A DNA stretch of 64,000 nucleotides, from NCBI GenBank assembly GCA_016874135.1, contig VGVE01000006.1, positions 1,085 to 65,084 on the forward strand, given 5' to 3'. Position 1 is the first letter of the stretch; every line of letters starts with the position of its first letter. Position numbers and translations under genes: made by a program. The stretch comes from Gammaproteobacteria bacterium. Lineage in GTDB: Bacteria > Pseudomonadota > Gammaproteobacteria > Pseudomonadales > Azotimanducaceae. The notes under the pieces are model-generated. The model was given only the letters and a program-made list of their open reading frames with translations. It had not been told where the DNA came from and did not search any database. Below, one piece after another: positions 63,849 to 64,000 of the stretch.

Positions 63849-64000
63849 ATGACGTCGATGGTTGCGGATATCGGTGGTACCCATGCCCGGTTCGCTCTGG
63901 CCGATGCAGCGGGGGTACTGCAGGCTCCGGTGATTCTCCCAACCCGGGACATGACCACTGCATTGGATCTGGTACAGGCGGCCATCGAGCAGCTGGGTGT
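63849..64000 (+). CDS. glk: Glucokinase, N-terminal fragment (runs off the window)
   Basis: Own translation: MTSMVADIGGTHARFALADAAGVLQAPVIL.... Compare E. coli Glk, LVGDVGGTNARLALCD. Confidence 0.7.
   Translation, partial: MTSMVADIGGTHARFALADAAGVLQAPVILPTRDMTTALDLVQAAIEQLG

Noticed and set aside
1-64000. CRISPR arrays, prophage, transposons, integrons, and toxin-antitoxin or known defence systems
   Set aside because: I found no spaced direct-repeat arrays. I found no integrase, transposase, Cas, restriction or abortive-infection-like ORFs, and no flanking tRNA. The window looks like core or accessory metabolic chromosome, not a mobile or defence island.

Overview
GC-rich, gene-dense chromosomal segment with about 62 protein-coding genes on both strands. 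It looks Gram-negative, probably gammaproteobacterial: two TonB-dependent receptors, a DsbA-family protein, lipobox lipoproteins, RsgA, Ppa and Glk. I recognised no rRNA, tRNA, CRISPR array, transposase, integrase or phage gene, and no classical transcription factor. The content is mostly redox and catabolic enzymes: a BVMO, three SDRs, two GMC flavoproteins, an OYE, two LLM oxidoreductases, FAH-family, VOC, GST, Gfo/Idh/MocA plus TIM-barrel proteins, and two unusually long family III CoA-transferases. The main block is a complete coenzyme F420 biosynthesis and recharge operon, npdG-cofE-cofD-cofC-fbiC, on the minus strand at 46236-51933. It is extended by an HtaA-domain gene and a PPOX-family gene, and candidate F420-dependent enzymes (PPOX, LLM, Ddn-like) are scattered across the window. 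Other notable points follow. A clear TPP riboswitch with an SD-sequestering helix lies in front of the first TonB-dependent receptor. An SDR, an AGXT2L-like phospho-lyase and an APH kinase form a triad next to the BVMO. Both long CoA-transferases are tandem fusions whose N-terminal halves appear to have lost the catalytic Asp. At least five genes are interrupted by in-frame stops or 1-nt frameshifts (eight lesions in total), which means either gene decay or sequence error. All functional calls come from my own reading of motifs in the translated ORFs; no database search was run.
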